Below are positions 13,933 through 28,322 of a stretch of 64,000 nucleotides of DNA, piece after piece. A program made the position numbers and the translations under genes. The stretch is taken from the NCBI GenBank assembly GCA_028534125.1, contig CM052817.1, positions 57,786,001 through 57,850,000 on the forward strand, in the 5' to 3' direction. The notes below the pieces were generated by a model. It worked only from the letters and a program-made list of their open reading frames with translations. It was not told the origin of the DNA and did not search any database. Within the stretch, counting starts at the first letter, position 1. The number at the start of each line of letters is the position of its first letter. Source of the stretch: Lama glama. Taxonomy: Eukaryota.

Positions 13933-14472
13933 ATATTAAGTTTTCCTACTGCTGCTATAACAAATTAACCAAAAATGCAGTGGCCAAAATAATAGAAATG
14001 TGTATCTTACAATTCAGGAGGTCAGAAGTCTGAAATGGGTCTCCCTGGGTTATTATGAAGGTGTCAGCAGGGCTGCACTTCTTTGTAGAGGTTCCAGAGT
14101 AGAAACCATTTCTTTGTGTTTTCCAGCTTCTGGAGTCTGCCCACGTTCCTTGGCATATGGAACTTTTGGCTTAGGGCTTTTCTTAGAAAACCAGCAAAGG
14201 CTGTTCGAGTTTTTCTCAGGTGTCATCATCTAACGCTGACTCTTCTGATTCCCTCTTTCATTTATAAGAACCCTTGTGATTACATTGGCCCCACCTGGAT
14301 AATCCTAGGTACCCGCCCATCTCCAGGTCAGCTGATTAGCAAACAATTCCATTTGCAACCTTATTCCCCTTTTCCTTAACACAATATAGTCACAGGTTTC
14401 AGGAATTAGGACGTGGACCTCTTTAGGTGGTGGGAAGGGGGTTAAAAAGGGAAACTTAGTCTGCCTATAACA
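13933..14472 (-). mobile_element. MLT1-family (ERVL-MaLR) solo LTR
   Basis: TGCTGCTATAACAAATTA...GGAGGTCAGAAGTCTGAAATGGGTCTC...CCCTTGTGATTACATTGGCCCCACCTGGATAATCC...CTGCCTATAACA. Confidence 0.85.
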
Positions 14473-16089
14473 TTAATATATTATTCTTAAAAGAAAAACA
14501 AAATGTTTGTAAATAATTTTTTTCAGTATTACGTTGTGTACTTCTCTCAGGAATTTAATTAGAAATTAAGATAATAAATACTAGTTAAGTAGTAAAATGT
14601 ACCAGTACTAGCAGCAAAACATCCTAACTGATCCTACTATTTCCAGAATATTAAATAGTGGCACTTGTATTGCATCTGACACTGGCTTACTATAGTTCTT
14701 ACCGATCAGTAGCTGATTTATATTTGGCTTTCTTTTCTTAATTCCAGATCCCTCCCACAATCATAGGAAAAAAGTCCACTACGACACACGTTAAAAAGTC
14801 ATCATCTCCCCATTTCTCTATATTCCTTCCTCTTCAGCAGACGCCGTCTTTGGAACTATTATACTACAGTAGCTCTAAAAATCACTGGGCCACATACCCT
14901 TGAAATTCTTTAGACAATTATTTGTTTGTAATTAGTAAGCAGTATAAATCATGTTTATATCATATCTCCAAGTGACCAATATTCTACAAGAAGTGGTCAA
15001 AGATTTATTTATCCCCCAAGTTATAAAACTGTTCCAAGATTTCACCAAAGACGAATCGTTCTTCTAAGGTAGAAGTCTGCCTGTTTTTCTCTTTCTTGCA
15101 TTCTGCTAAGACAAACACCTATGCACCAGGTTCTGCTAATTATTATTTCTTTGGCTCCATATCATCCTCCTAACCCCAAATCACCTGTGTCCACACCAAT
15201 CTTCTCATTTACCTACCAGAGTACCTCCACCAATCATACCTCCATTTATGGTGTCCTGCTTTCCTGACACATAGTAACAGAAGAGATGTTGAGACTAAGA
15301 AGAGAGAGAAAGGGCATTACTTTCATCTGCCTGGAGAGCAAAACAACCCGCAAATTGTTGCTCACTTAAGGGAAAGTAGCTTCACTTCAATATATTTTCA
15401 AGATATTTCAAAATTGCAACAGATTCTTTTCAGTTATTTTGCTTTCATCTAATACAGAAAAGACCAACTTTAAGACTGAGGCAATGAAAGCTGAGAAAAT
15501 TTTCCTGGGATGGGCTTATGTTTACAGCTGACTGTTGCTTCAGTTATAACTCTTCCTCTGTATTCATTTCAGGAAGTTTGATTCTGAAACATATAAACAG
15601 CTGTGTTTCTCCTGAGCTAGAACTGCATTTACAGGTGACTAACTTACAGATTCTTCTCGAATTGGATGGCATTTTCTTTGTGCTACTACATACTGCCCTG
15701 AAGACTGCAGGTTTTTAAAATGTTTTTCAAAATTGTCAGAGAGAATCATTTGGATGAGTGACTGATTTCTGATTGCAGAAAAGTAAATAGTAAAGCTTAT
15801 GACAATGGTAGCAGATTTGAAAGAGAACATTTTCCAAGTAGCAAAATAATGAATCTACACAGATCATGTACAAAAGTCACAGAGCATACTGCCAGCGAAG
15901 AATTCAACTGCCCAGAGAAATTTGATGACTTTAAAAAATTTTTGTTTCTAATATTTACATTTGTTTATACATTTCTGAATATATAAAGATTTATTTGTTT
16001 CAACACAGACATCAGTATGAATGCCCAGAATTTTCTGATATAAGTTTTTCTAGAGTTCATCCACACTCAGAAAGAGGGGCTGAGTAAAT

Positions 16090-16600
16090 TAACAAACAAT
16101 AAATAAATGAACAATAAACAAATGATTTCCTTTTTTTCCATCTCTTTTCATATAGATCTGTTAAATCCTCTTGATTATACATCATAAGCATCCTGCGTTG
16201 GTTTAAGATGACATTTTTCTCATCCCTGCATCATTAGTCATCAAAATGGTCTTCCTGCCTTTGGTGTGGCTGCCCCTAAATCAGACCTAAACACTGGTGA
16301 GAAGGTCTGAAATACAAACTTAAAGATCTTTCAGGAGCTCCTCACCACCTGTGATAAGGTGCACACTCTCTGATAGGAGATCTGGCCCCACCTGACTTTC
16401 TTATCTCAACTCCTGCCTCTCTTCCACAGGCCTCCCCTTTCCAACCGACTCAGGCTCAGTAAAGGCACAACCTGTCTAGCTTTTCCTAAATTTTATTTGT
16501 GCTCTTTGCTTCCGTGCCTTGGCGCGTGTTAATCCATTGGTCCAGCATGCCTTTGCTAACGTGTATGCAGGAGAAACCATACAGATCAGAAAAGGAACAT
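16090..16600. mobile_element. L2 LINE remnant
   Basis: Degenerate L2-like motifs (TGGTCTTCCTGCCT..., CTTCCGTGCCTTGGCGCGTG...CCAGCATGCC). Confidence 0.45.
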
Positions 16601-16649
16601 CAAAAGTCCTGCTTCTCACAGTCCCTGCTCAGTTCCTCTGATGTCAGCC

Positions 16650-17336
16650 AGTGCTGATGCAATTTCTTATGGGCTTTGCTTCATTTTTTTGCCAGCATTG
16701 CCTTAAGTATGCTTTGCTTTCTTGCTGTCTACCTAGGGTTTCTCTAGTGCTAAAGATAAGATGGGACCCTACAGAACGGCAGAGTTAATATCCCAGTGGC
16801 AGCTCTCAATCAATGGGACACAGGAGCTGATGGATAAATGCTTCTTCCTTGTGTCCTTCAGGTAGATAATTCAGGGATCTAGTGCTAAAGATAAGATGGG
16901 ACCCTACAGAACTGCAGAGTTAATATCCCAGTGGCAGCTCTCAATCAATGGGACACAGGAGCTGATGGATAAATGCTTCTTCCTTGTGTCCTTCAGGTAG
17001 ATAATTCAGGGATCTAGTGCTAAAGATAAGATGGGACCCTACAGAACGGCAGAGTTAATATCCCAGTGGCAGCTCTCAATCAATGGGACACAGGAGCTGA
17101 TGGATAAATGCTTCTTCCTTGTGTCCTTCAGGCAGATAATTCAGGGAAGCCATCTATACAGTTCTTGAGAGGTTGCAGGGACTTAAAGGCCCTATTGCCA
17201 ATAAACTACCTTTAGACTAGCTTTTTCTCCCTACCTGCCATACCCTTTCCTGTTCCTTGGGATTACCACCCAAACCAACTACCTGCATTCTCCACTGACT
17301 TCAGACTGCTTCCGAAGAATCTGACAAAGCTAACAG
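16650..17336 (+). mobile_element. LTR16-like (ERVL) solo LTR carrying an internal triplication
   Basis: CTCAATCAATGGGACACAGGAGCTGATGGATAAATGCT and 3' end CTTGGGATTACCACCCAAACCAACTACCTGCA...AAAGCTAACA. Confidence 0.6.
16743..17147. repeat. Tandem repeat, 3 x 135 bp, near identical
   Basis: Units start TCTAGTGCTAAAGATAAG at 16743, 16878 and 17013; two substitutions seen (16913, 17133). Confidence 0.97.
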
Positions 17337-18840
17337 AAGGCCCAGCTCCTGTTTAAACACAACCTGCTTCTGTGTTGCCAGGTCCCCGAACCTACTTCTA
17401 TTATAGATCTTAAAGAAATTTCTCTAAGTGTGAGGTTTCTCTTATTCACCTTTGAGTCTCCAGTGTTAACACAGTCCCTAACAAATTACAGATGTTCAGT
17501 GGGTGACGAGTAAATAAACGAACTCATAATTCTCATTTGCGGACTTTTTGTTAAACTGCGAGCTTTAAGAAACAGACCTTAAAACACACCTGTAACCGTT
17601 ATAGCACCTAATACTGAGTGACAACTCAGGAATATTTGTGAAATGAAAGAAAATGAAGGAGGGTGACTCTCAAAAGAAGAGACATGGCCAAGGTCTGGCA
17701 AGATATATCACCCCAATATAACTTATGATAAGTCTTGAGGGAGAAAGAAAAACAAGATAGGCACCTTGTCTCAGGCTCCCCATCTACAGATATTACCCTG
17801 GGGAAAAGTATGGTCTGAAGGAAAAAGGGACTAAAGCAAGTGTTACTTCCTTTAACCTCTCTCAGGCAGAGTCAGCCTTGCTGCAAAGCAGCCCCAAGCA
17901 GTCCTGCCCGGACAAATCACTAGCACTATGACTACTTACATTTTTTATTGTTCAAGACCTATAGCTATAAATATCTAGTGCTTTGCCAATTTTCCTTCAG
18001 AATTTCAGGGAAACATTACAAGAGAGCACAGATACCAATGCTTTGCTGGATCACGCACAGTTCCGTGTCCCTTTGATTGTGGCAGCCAGCCTGAATCGTT
18101 ACTGGTGGTCTCCCTACTCAATATCCACTAATCCACCAAGGAAAGGTTATGAGATATGTAATCATTGCCTCACAGTTTTCTGACCATTTCCTTCATCAGC
18201 ATTCTGTAGGTTTGAAAATGAATTCTATGCTTTGTGACCGCACATAAAATACAATAAAAGCTTTTTACCTGAAGGTAAAATTCACACATATTCTTACAAC
18301 TATATTAGCAATAGCCTTCAACTAATATTGTTTATTCTGATGTAAATGGAGATTCAGTATGGTGGCGAGAGGTACACAGAAGTATGTCTTACTGAGGTTT
18401 GGAGAAAAGATCACTACTGGTGGTATAAAAATGTGAAATTATATAAACTATCATTAGAAATACGTAGAAGACAAAGCTGAAGTATTTTTACAATCATAGC
18501 ACATTTCAAGTAACCTGAAATATTTTTACATACGAGTATTTCAAAATTATTTAATTATTTCCAAAATACCTATTATGACATTTCTGTTTTTTATGGGAAA
18601 AATATTTTACCCGGTTGTAAATTGTTCAGGTTAAGAAAATAATTTACTTAATTTGAAATATTTATGAAGATAAATGTTTATGGTAAAAATTTATTAAAAC
18701 ATAGGTAGAAGTTCTACCCACACTTAGACACATGACTGGAGAAAAAAGGCAATAAATCTTTTATCTAGAATTCTGGGGCTAAGTAGAATTCCCTTGTTTT
18801 GCTGGCCTAGGATTGTAATGGAGTTTAGACACAACGGAGC

Positions 18841-18989
18841 TGGCTGGACTCTTGTGTCAAATCAGGTGTATGATAAAGGTTGCAAAGTGAAGATTTATAC
18901 ATTTTTTTAGTCTGTGGCTGGGACTCTTGTGTCAAATCAGGTGTATGATAAAGGTTGCAAAGTGAAGATTTATACATTTTTTTAGTCTG
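18841..18989. repeat. Tandem duplication, 74/75 bp
   Basis: TGGCTGG(G)ACTCTTGTGTC...TTTTTTTAGTCTG at 18841-18914 and 18915-18989; one-base indel. Confidence 0.97.
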
Positions 18990-19239
18990 AAATGATTAAG
19001 TTGCAAGCATTTTACTTTGTCCAAAAGTGAGTATTAGGCCTAATTAGCTCAAATACTCAAATTTTCATTCACTGCGTAAATACAGTTCCACACTTAGTCA
19101 TTCTTTACACCTCTCTCTCTCTCTTACCCCCCTTACACCCAAATTGTTAACTTTTTTCCCTCTATTTTCACACTTGCAATCTGGTTCAGACCTTCAGTGA
19201 TCTCTCAACCTATATTTGTGCTTAGATTTCCTAATTGGA

Positions 19240-19910
19240 ATTCCTACCTAATCTCTTCTTTTATTTCTACGTCTGCCATCAGAGCTTTCTTTCTAAAATC
19301 CAAAATTGATTTCACCACACTCCTGTTGAAAAACTGTCAGTGTGTCCATATGGCTACTGACTAAAGTTCGTGTCACACAAAGAGTCACTCACTGTGCGGC
19401 TCAAGCTACTTCCCAGCTTCACCTCCAGGTACCCCGTCTTGGGCTCTCAGCAAGGAGTTGAGGGTACAAGGTAATGCAATAGCCACTGCTCTCAACGAGC
19501 TCAGAATCTAGCTGAGGAGATGCACAAGCAGATTACTGTGCACTGGCTGGTGCAGGGACAGGAGTGTGCACAGGACCATGGAAGCAAAGAGAAGGGATAA
19601 ATCATAAGTCAGGCTAGGAGGTGGAGAGGGTTAGGGAAAACTTCCTGGAGAAAGAAAGCAATGCTCGCGGGAAGTCTTGAAGTTTAGGGAAGAGTTGCTA
19701 AGAGAAGGGAGAGAAGGCAAGGAGAGAGCAGCACAGCAGCACCAAGGTAAGAGAAGCCTGGTTAGAAGCAGCTCGGTGCTGCTGATGTTCGAATGACACT
19801 TCTGTGAAGCTTTATCAGTCGTCTTGTCCAGAGTTCAATTCTCAGTGTTCTCACGTCACTTTATACTGACTCTCATTACTGTCTCTATCACATTTATTAT
19901 AATATTTTGA
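19240..19910. mobile_element. Cluster of L2 remnants
   Basis: CAGAGCTTTCTTTCTAAAATCCAAAATTGAT..., GCTCTCAACGAGCTCAGAATCTAG, AGGGAAAACTTCCTGGAG. Confidence 0.5.
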
Positions 19911-22900
19911 CTGAGATGCCTTGTCCTCTACTCAGTTTTGTATCTCAAACCCACAGTGTGACCCAAGTCCCCATACTCGCCCAGGTTGTGTCCATACCAT
20001 GTTCCTATGGAAATGGAAACCCACGCTGTAACGACCATCCAGAATGCCTGCCTGTACGATCGTGGCCCTCCCTCCCTGATGCACAGATGCCTACTAGAGG
20101 ATGTGTGGTTTTCACTGGATTCCCGAGGAGGACCTTTCATGGATCCCATCCACAGGCTCTGCCACCTTTAGATAAACCGTCAATGTAGACCTCTGCTGTC
20201 ACTGGGTTTTCTGACCAATGCTATACATCTTAGACTGGTTCTTTTTGCTTCCTGTTATGAGATGTACATCCCTAGTCCAAACCTGAACACAAAGATAACA
20301 AATGCTAAAGATGACAAAAATTCCAAAGTTTTTAGGAAACATCTGGATGTGCAGATTAGTTTGGGGTCAATACCTCAAAACCAACAGCAAATATTTCATG
20401 TATTATTTACCACGGGGACCTTAAGAAACACTACACCAAATTATCAGTTTGTTAAGTCCATCAATTAGTAACCTGCAAATCATTTTTCAAAAGTCTTTCT
20501 AAATTCATTGCATAAAATAGGGAAAATGCTTTTTTTAAATTATTACACATGGTTTGCACTTTTCTGTTTATCTTGAAGAAACTATCTTTTAAGTATTTGA
20601 CTGCCAGTTAGAATATATCACTCCAAAATCTTGAGATTTCAGACAAATCAATTAGACTTCAAATTATCATTGTTACCCCTAACGTCTCTCTTCAAAGCAT
20701 TCTGTGCATTGCCATCAGATTTGTTACTTGAAAGCTTCAACTTCATCATGTTATTTTTCTCATTAAAAATTTTTAAGGATCTGATCAAATTTCCCTGTTG
20801 TATGTAGTTCCCAGATAACCAACCCTTTACTATAATTATTTATCCTTCTTCAAAATTATTTATGGCTCATATACTACTTACTTGATTTATAAATACACTG
20901 ATTTTATGATTATTTGATTAAGTGATTAAAAGATTAATCATATTAAGTGATTTTTTAAATTAATTAATTCATCTCCCCTTATCAATTAGACTACAAAGCC
21001 TTAAGGGCAGTTGAGTAGAGGCCCAAATGATTGCTGAATTCAATTATACTTCTTTATATAGAGAGCTTCACAGATAGGGCCTCTCACATGCACTTCCCTA
21101 TAACACAAAATCAACAGCAAATCAGTTGGTTGCTTGATGCACTGGGTGTAGACTGCAACAAGGCTTGCATGAATAGTATCTTGTAGGAAAAGTGTGAAAT
21201 ATGTTTCTCTAACCTGAAAAATGCAACTGGAATTCATATGGTTTCCTAGTTTGTACTCCACTCATAAAGACAAAACCTTTATAGACTTATAACTTCACAC
21301 CAGGCATCACACTTTGACACAAGGGGAGAGCATCTCTAGTCCTGACTAGCTGCGAGACAAGCTGTGGTCACAAGAAAGGCAGATGTCTCGGCACCAGTCT
21401 ACATTGTTTGCAGAAGCAATTCACATGTGCCAGGGAGTGCAGAATCCTGATTATAACTCAGGTTTAATGTTCAGCCAGAGGCCCTCTTCTTATGTTCTCA
21501 GTTTAATGACTCTATAGTAAGACAATAGTACAGTATTTAACCTAATGACAGTAGCACCCATCTTTCCTTTACTTTAAGATTATATACTGGCCTTAGCTAT
21601 TTTAAAAAATAATTTATACCTTATTTATCAATAAGGAGAAAAAGGAAAACATTTCCTAATGTTTATCTCATAAATATAATTCTCAAAGGAGATACAGTCA
21701 AATACCTGACTTTTCTATTTCTCTTTTAGATGCACGTCTTTTACAAACACAGCCAGAAACTGCTTAGAACCAGGCAATTTAAGTAGCCAAAATGTCATTT
21801 GGTTCCTTCCTCAGTCTCAGAGGGGAGTCTTTCATTAGGAATTCATCATTGAAAATAATAATGTGGAAGGTGTTACTTTTATAATTTTCTTGTCTTTAAA
21901 CATGGTGGGCATTATTTTAGTAATGTAAGAATGAGTATGATCTATAAAAGAAAAAAATTTTTAGATTTGAGAACAGATGGTTAATAATCATGACAGCAAA
22001 GAATATATCCGAGGTTAATGACCTACATGCTGAACTTGTTTTAATTATTAAAAGCCGTTACCAACTAAAAATATCCTGCGTTAGCTGAACAAACAGTTAC
22101 AAGTCTTTTTTTCTTCTTTTCTAATTTCTTTATACCTTTAGAACAGTGCTTTCGCTGCTGTTCTCTCTGGAGCAACAGCAGATCCCATGTGGCTAGTCCT
22201 TTGTGAACACAAGGTGCACCCACGTGGACTTGGTTGTTTCTGTGTGCTTGGGAAACACATTGTGTCATACTAACACCTTAAGTACAAATTTTTTCTTGAA
22301 TTATTTTATTTCTTAGAATTCCAAGCCTAATTCTAATGGCCTTTGGATTAAGTTCCCCCTTCCATCAGTAGTTAAATTATTATTTATCTGTTAACTAAGA
22401 CCACTTCAAGTTCCTATCATTATGATATTGGAAGAATCAGGTTAAGATAACATATTATGCTTACTCCAGTTATCAACAGAATGTTAAGAAAGATTTTTAA
22501 GAATGAGAAATGGTAATTCCAGGTTCCAGTTATTTGATACATTTCACCAGGGAATAGGAAAGACAAATAGATTGGGGTCTGCAGTGAAATTTCAAGGTCA
22601 GACTTCTATTCTCCTATTTAAATTTTGTTTTCCAAAGGTGGCTGGAGAAAATACACATTTCTTCCTAATCTTTATATACATGTTTTTGGTAGATCAGACT
22701 CTTACTTGAGCTAGGTGATTTCATTATCATTACCTGTAACTATTGTTCTTGTGGTCATGTGAATGAGCCACTGGCAATCAAGCCAAACAAATTCTGTATT
22801 CATACCAAATTTTAGCACCGATAAGGATGACTTCTGAGTGGCAGAAAAGATATCTCATATTTTCTTGACTCTAAATTTAAGTATAGTTAAGGTTACATTA

Positions 22901-23626
22901 TGAGAAAAAACTTTTTATCTTTTTTCCTTCACATATGGGATGAAAAAATAAGATTTGAACACTTCATTATCTCTTGCTTCTGTATCTATCTTTACCAAAA
23001 TTTTAAAATGTTTCTTTTGAAGAATTACATAATATGTGCATTCAACCTGAAAAGTCTAACATATAAATAGATGCTTAAGAAACTACATTCTGAATTGTGG
23101 GTTTATAAACTGTATGAAGAGATCTTCATTTATATTGATTGGCCTTTCTCTAGGATGAATGTCTTAAGACAGCTATTCTACCCCCCCCCCTTTTTTTTTT
23201 AAATACTGACTTCCAGAATGGAGTGGGGAGTAATAAAAACTACATATTTTTATGAGACACATTCTTTTTCAATGTCTGTATTTGAAACACTTTAATCTAT
23301 ACATTTGACATAGACAATATTATAGTTTATGGCCTGTGATTTATAGTAATCTTTGCATCATTTTTCTGAGTTAATTTTATAATTGAAAAAAACAAATGAA
23401 GTGACAAAGAAAATACTCTAGGGTGCAGAAATAACTTTAAACAATAAGAAACTTGAAGTACAACAAAGAGGCCAAGGTCAGGCTAGACAAAATAGAAAGA
23501 AATACACTAAAAAAAAAGGAAGAAATAGAAAAGAGTATGCTATGGCTTCTTCACATATTCCTCCATGACAGAATGACAGAAACTAATCTAAGGGCAACTC
23601 AATAGTAGTCAATAATTATTAGCTGA

Positions 23627-23673
23627 AGGAATGGATGGATAGGTGGACAGATGGATAGATAGATGGATGGATG
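23627..23673. repeat. (ATGG/ATAG)n microsatellite
   Basis: Directly visible. Confidence 0.85.
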
Positions 23674-24149
23674 CTTGCATCTGGTGACCTTTGGCCAACT
23701 TGAATAAGCAGTCCAAATCTCTTAGACAAATCCCATATGACATGTTTTCTTCATCTATGAATAAACAGACTTAAATACAGGCATTAGGAGAACATGGTTA
23801 CTGTGACACTCAGATTGCTATAAAAAAGGAAAGAAAAAAAAGAGCTTGAAAGTTCTTGTTGAAAAAAAATGTTTATATACTTGATAATGTGTCATATTTC
23901 TACTAATCAACAAAGCAACCCTGCCTTGGAGAGAAATATTTATGTTGGGTGTTATTGCTATCAATCATTTTGCAGTAAAAGGATGGAGGACAATGATAAA
24001 TTTCTTTTAAGTTCTAAGATGAGTTGGAAATGGGGGAGAGAGCAATATATCTCCATTGCTTAAAACTATGAAACAGATCAAGGAAAGAATGTCAACAGGA
24101 GAAAGGGTCTTCAATACTTTTAAAACAAAAAAGGCTTAGTAAGAAGAAG

Positions 24150-24305
24150 ACTACAGCACTAGGGAAAGCAATACTTATTCTAGTGCCCATTCTACTACCT
24201 TCAAGTTTTGTGACCTTGGGCAAGTCATTTAATTACTCTGGGTCTGAAAATGAATCTGAAGAAGGGAGCTATGGTGGTCCATTCCAGTGCTAAGACTGGT
24301 GATTC
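24150..24305 (+). mobile_element. MIR SINE remnant
   Basis: TGTGACCTTGGGCAAGTCATTTAATTACTCTGGGTCT core. Confidence 0.7.
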
Positions 24306-25394
24306 TGCATCCACAGTTACATCTGAAAACTTCCCTGGCATTTTTGAAACTTCCCAAGGGTACCAGGAATTTCATATATGTTTATAAAATACCCTTGGGA
24401 GTATTTTCTAAATAACACTGCCACACGTGTGAAGAAATGCCTTTATTAAAATTCCTCTTAAGTTGTTCCTTCTCAAGGTAGTGGAAGCTGAACAAATCTT
24501 AGAAACTCCTTTAGAACTGATGATCATTCTACTTGACTACAAAATTTAAGAATTCAACAATTTTTCCTTTTAAAGTAACAATATACTTTAAAAAAATATC
24601 TGAATAGCTACTTAGTCATCTTAATCTATATGCATAAATTCACCTCAAAGTAACTCTTTTTTAGAAATATGGAATGGGATAATTAACCAATATTTATCAA
24701 GCAGTGTTTATTCTTCTGAGATAGTGTGGGAAGAGAACATAAAAGTCTAGCAACATAAAGAGATTGATCCCACAAATCATATAGTGTAAGTTTGGAAGAT
24801 TGGGTGGAAAAATTTTATTATTAAAGAGACAAGCTGTTCTTTAAGAGAAAGAACACTGAATTCTCTGGTTTTCTCCTCCTAGTCCCACTATGCCTCTGGC
24901 ATTACATAACTACTGCCAATCAACTGCATCCAGAAGGTGGGATAAAATGCCAAATTATCTTTCGGCAGAATTCCAGAGATTCTCAGATGGTTCTGTTCCT
25001 TTTCCTTCTTTAAAACTGTATCATACAAGCTAGGTTTATTTTGAAATGTCCATGAAAAACAAGTCAGGTTTGTCTCGAAAAATTGGCCCCTCCTAGAGTC
25101 AAAAGTTTTTGAAGATGCTTCATAAAAATTCATTTGTTCATTATTTTTAATCTTGTTCATAAATCTGCCTCATATAAAGAGCTTCAAAATTTCACCATAT
25201 TCTGACATTACTATAGAAATATATCTAATATATTTATCAAAAGAGGTCAAAATATTTATTAAAGAAATGTCCTATTCATTGATTTTAAGAAATGTTAGAG
25301 GAAAACCAATATAACCTGAAATTGAAATTAAAGATCATTCAATAAAGTTGACCATTTTATTCATCAAAAATTAGTGACAATAATGAAAAATATA

Positions 25395-25560
25395 TAGTGT
25401 TTTACAACTTGTAAAGTACATCAGTGTAAACATGTATGTTTTCATTTGATTCTCACAATCACCCTGTTAGATAGATAATATTATCTTCTTATTACACATA
25501 AAAATTAGGGAGGATAAATGACATGAATAAAGTCGGAGAGCCCTTAAATTAATGTGCTAA
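25395..25560 (-). mobile_element. MIR SINE remnant
   Basis: TCATTTGATTCTCACAATCACCCTGTTAGATAGATA. Confidence 0.6.
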
Positions 25561-26237
25561 TTATAATTCCTAAATTAATTTTACATTATCAGACTACTTT
25601 CATTGATATCAAAAGACATATTTAGTTATATACTTTTGTAAAATTCTGCTAACTTTTTAGTGATTTCATATGTGTTTGTCTAGGAAACTACTACAAAAGC
25701 AAGAAGGGGAATACATTAAAAATGAGAAATATTTACTGAACATAATACATTTATTGTACATCAGGAATTTCCAATATTTTCAGCAGCAAATATTTACTTC
25801 TCCAAACTTTCCTAAGGAATTGGTGAAGATATAAACCAAAACTTAAATTTAAGAATTTTCATCAAAACATTATTTATAATACAAAAAATTACAACTAAAT
25901 TGTAGTATTTTATCCACAAGTCAACTGAGAGCCACATAATTTGATCATAGGCACAACAGTAGTTAGGGACAGATTTGGAACTCAAATACATGTTAGCTGT
26001 CTCTAAATACAGAACTCTCTCTATCAGGACACTCTTTATACTCTAACTGTACAACTGATGGCTTTCCAAGTTGTTTATTGAATATGGGTATGGGTTTATG
26101 TATAATTGTGATTAAAATTATTATTCTTTTAAGTTAAAAGCAAGGGAGGATGAGTACTGCACAGCCCAACAGCAGGTTGCTATGCTGCCACATGTACCAA
26201 ATGCTAGATACTACATTTCATATTCAAAATATTTTCA

Positions 26238-28322
26238 AGGTATAGAAGAAATGTACCTCAACACAGTAAAGTTTATCCATAACAAGCCCACAGCTGACAT
26301 CATACTCAATGATGAAGAGCTGAGGTTTTTCCATTAAGATCAGGAAAAAGACAAGTATGCTCATTCTCATCACTTCTATTTAACTTAGCACTAGAAGTGC
26401 TAGCCAGTGCAGTTAGGCAAGGAAAAGAAAGAAAAGGCATCCAAACTGTAAGGAAGATAAATTGTCTCTGTTTGCTGATGATATGATCATATATATATAT
26501 GGAAACTCTAAAGACTCCACCAAAATATTAAAACTAATAGACATATTCAATAAAGTTCTAGGATACAAAAATGAACATACAAAAACCAGTTGTGTTTCTA
26601 TACTCTAGCAATGAACAATCCAAAAAAAGAAATTAAGAAAACTAAACCATTTGTAATAGCATCAAAAAGAACACTTAGGAATAGATTTCATTAAGGAGGT
26701 GAAAGATGTGTATACCGAAAACTATGAGACCTTGATGAAAGAAATTGAAGAAAACACAGATAAGTGAAAGACACCCATGTTCATGCATTAAAAGAATTAA
26801 TATTGTAATAATGCTACCCAAAGAAATCTACAGATTCAATGCAATCCCTATTAAAATTCCAATAGAATTTTTCACAGAAATGGAAAGAGAAAAAGAAGTC
26901 TAAAATGCCTATGGAATCACAGAAGACCCTGAATAGCCAAAGCAATCTTACAAAAGAACAAAACTGGAGGCATTTTACTTCCTGATTTCAAACTATATTC
27001 CAAAGTTATAGTAACCAAAATAGTATGGTACTGGAATAAAATAGTTCAATGGAACACAGTAAAGAGACCAGAAATAATCCCAGATATATATAACCAGTCT
27101 TTCACGAAGGCTCCAAGAACACACAATGGGGAAAGGATAGTCTCTTCAATAAATAGTACTGGGAAAACTGGATATCTACATTCAAATGAATGAAACTGGA
27201 CTCCTATCTTATACTACTCACAAAAAATTAACTCCAAATAGATTAAAGACTTAAATGTAAGACTTGAAAACTATAAATCCCCTAGAAGAAAATATAGAAA
27301 TAAAAGCTCCTAGATATTGGTCTTGGCAGTAATTTTTTGGATATGACCCCCAAAGCAAAAATAAACAAGTGGGAATACATCAAACTAAAAAGGTTCTGTA
27401 CAGTAAAGGAAATAATAAATTGAAAAAATAATCTCTGGAATGGGATGAAATACTTGAAAACCATATATCCAATAAAGGGTTAATATTCAAAATATATAAA
27501 AACTCATACAACTCAATAGCAAAAAAAAAAAACCCAACAAATAACCCAGTTAAAAATTGGGCAAAGGGCCTAAACAGACATTTTTATTTTCAAAAAATAT
27601 ATACAAACGGTGAGCAGATATATAAAAAAATACTCAGCATCACTATCACGGGAATGCAAATCAAAATCACAATGAGGTATCACCTCACACCTGCTAACAA
27701 GTGCTGACAAGGGTATGGAGAAAAGAGAGCACTTGTACATTGTTGATGGGAATTAAATTGGTACAGCCATTATGGAAGACAATACAGAGGTTTCTCAAAA
27801 ATCTAAAAATAGAACTACCATGTAATCCAGTAATCCATATCTTCTGTGCATATACCCAGAGGAAATGAAATCAGTATCTTGAAGACATATCTGCACCTTC
27901 ATGCTCACTGCAACAGTATTCACAAGAGCCAAGATATGGATAAAATCTGTGTCCATTGATGGATAAATGGATAAAGAAAATATGTGTATGTGTATACATG
28001 TTAGTCAAAGAGCACAAATGTTCATTATAAAATGAATTAGTTTTGAGGATTTAATAGAAAGCGTAGTGACTATAGTTAATAATACTGAATTATTAGTATT
28101 ATTTTAATATTGTATTGTATACTTTGTTCTCACCACAAATATAAGAAAAAATGGTAGCTGTTTGAAGTGATGGGTGTGTTAATTAATTTGACTGTGGTAA
28201 TCATTTCACAATATATTGATATGTTAAATCATATTACACACCTTAAAAACCATGTTAAACAGTTTAAATATATACAATTTTTATTTGTCAATTATATCTC
28301 AATAAAGCTGGGAAAAATAAAT
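26238..28322 (+). mobile_element. Older LINE-1 (L1MA-like): decayed ORF2 from the RT region to the C-terminus, plus 3'UTR
   Basis: RT catalytic motif SLFADDMI (TCTCTGTTTGCTGATGATATGATC at 26465-26488), [19 protein letters not shown]; many stops and frameshifts; ends TATCTCAATAAAGCTGGGAAAAATAAA. Confidence 0.95.

Noticed and set aside
16743..17147. CRISPR-like array
   Set aside because: Units are 135 bp, contiguous and have no spacers; the context is eukaryotic with no cas genes.
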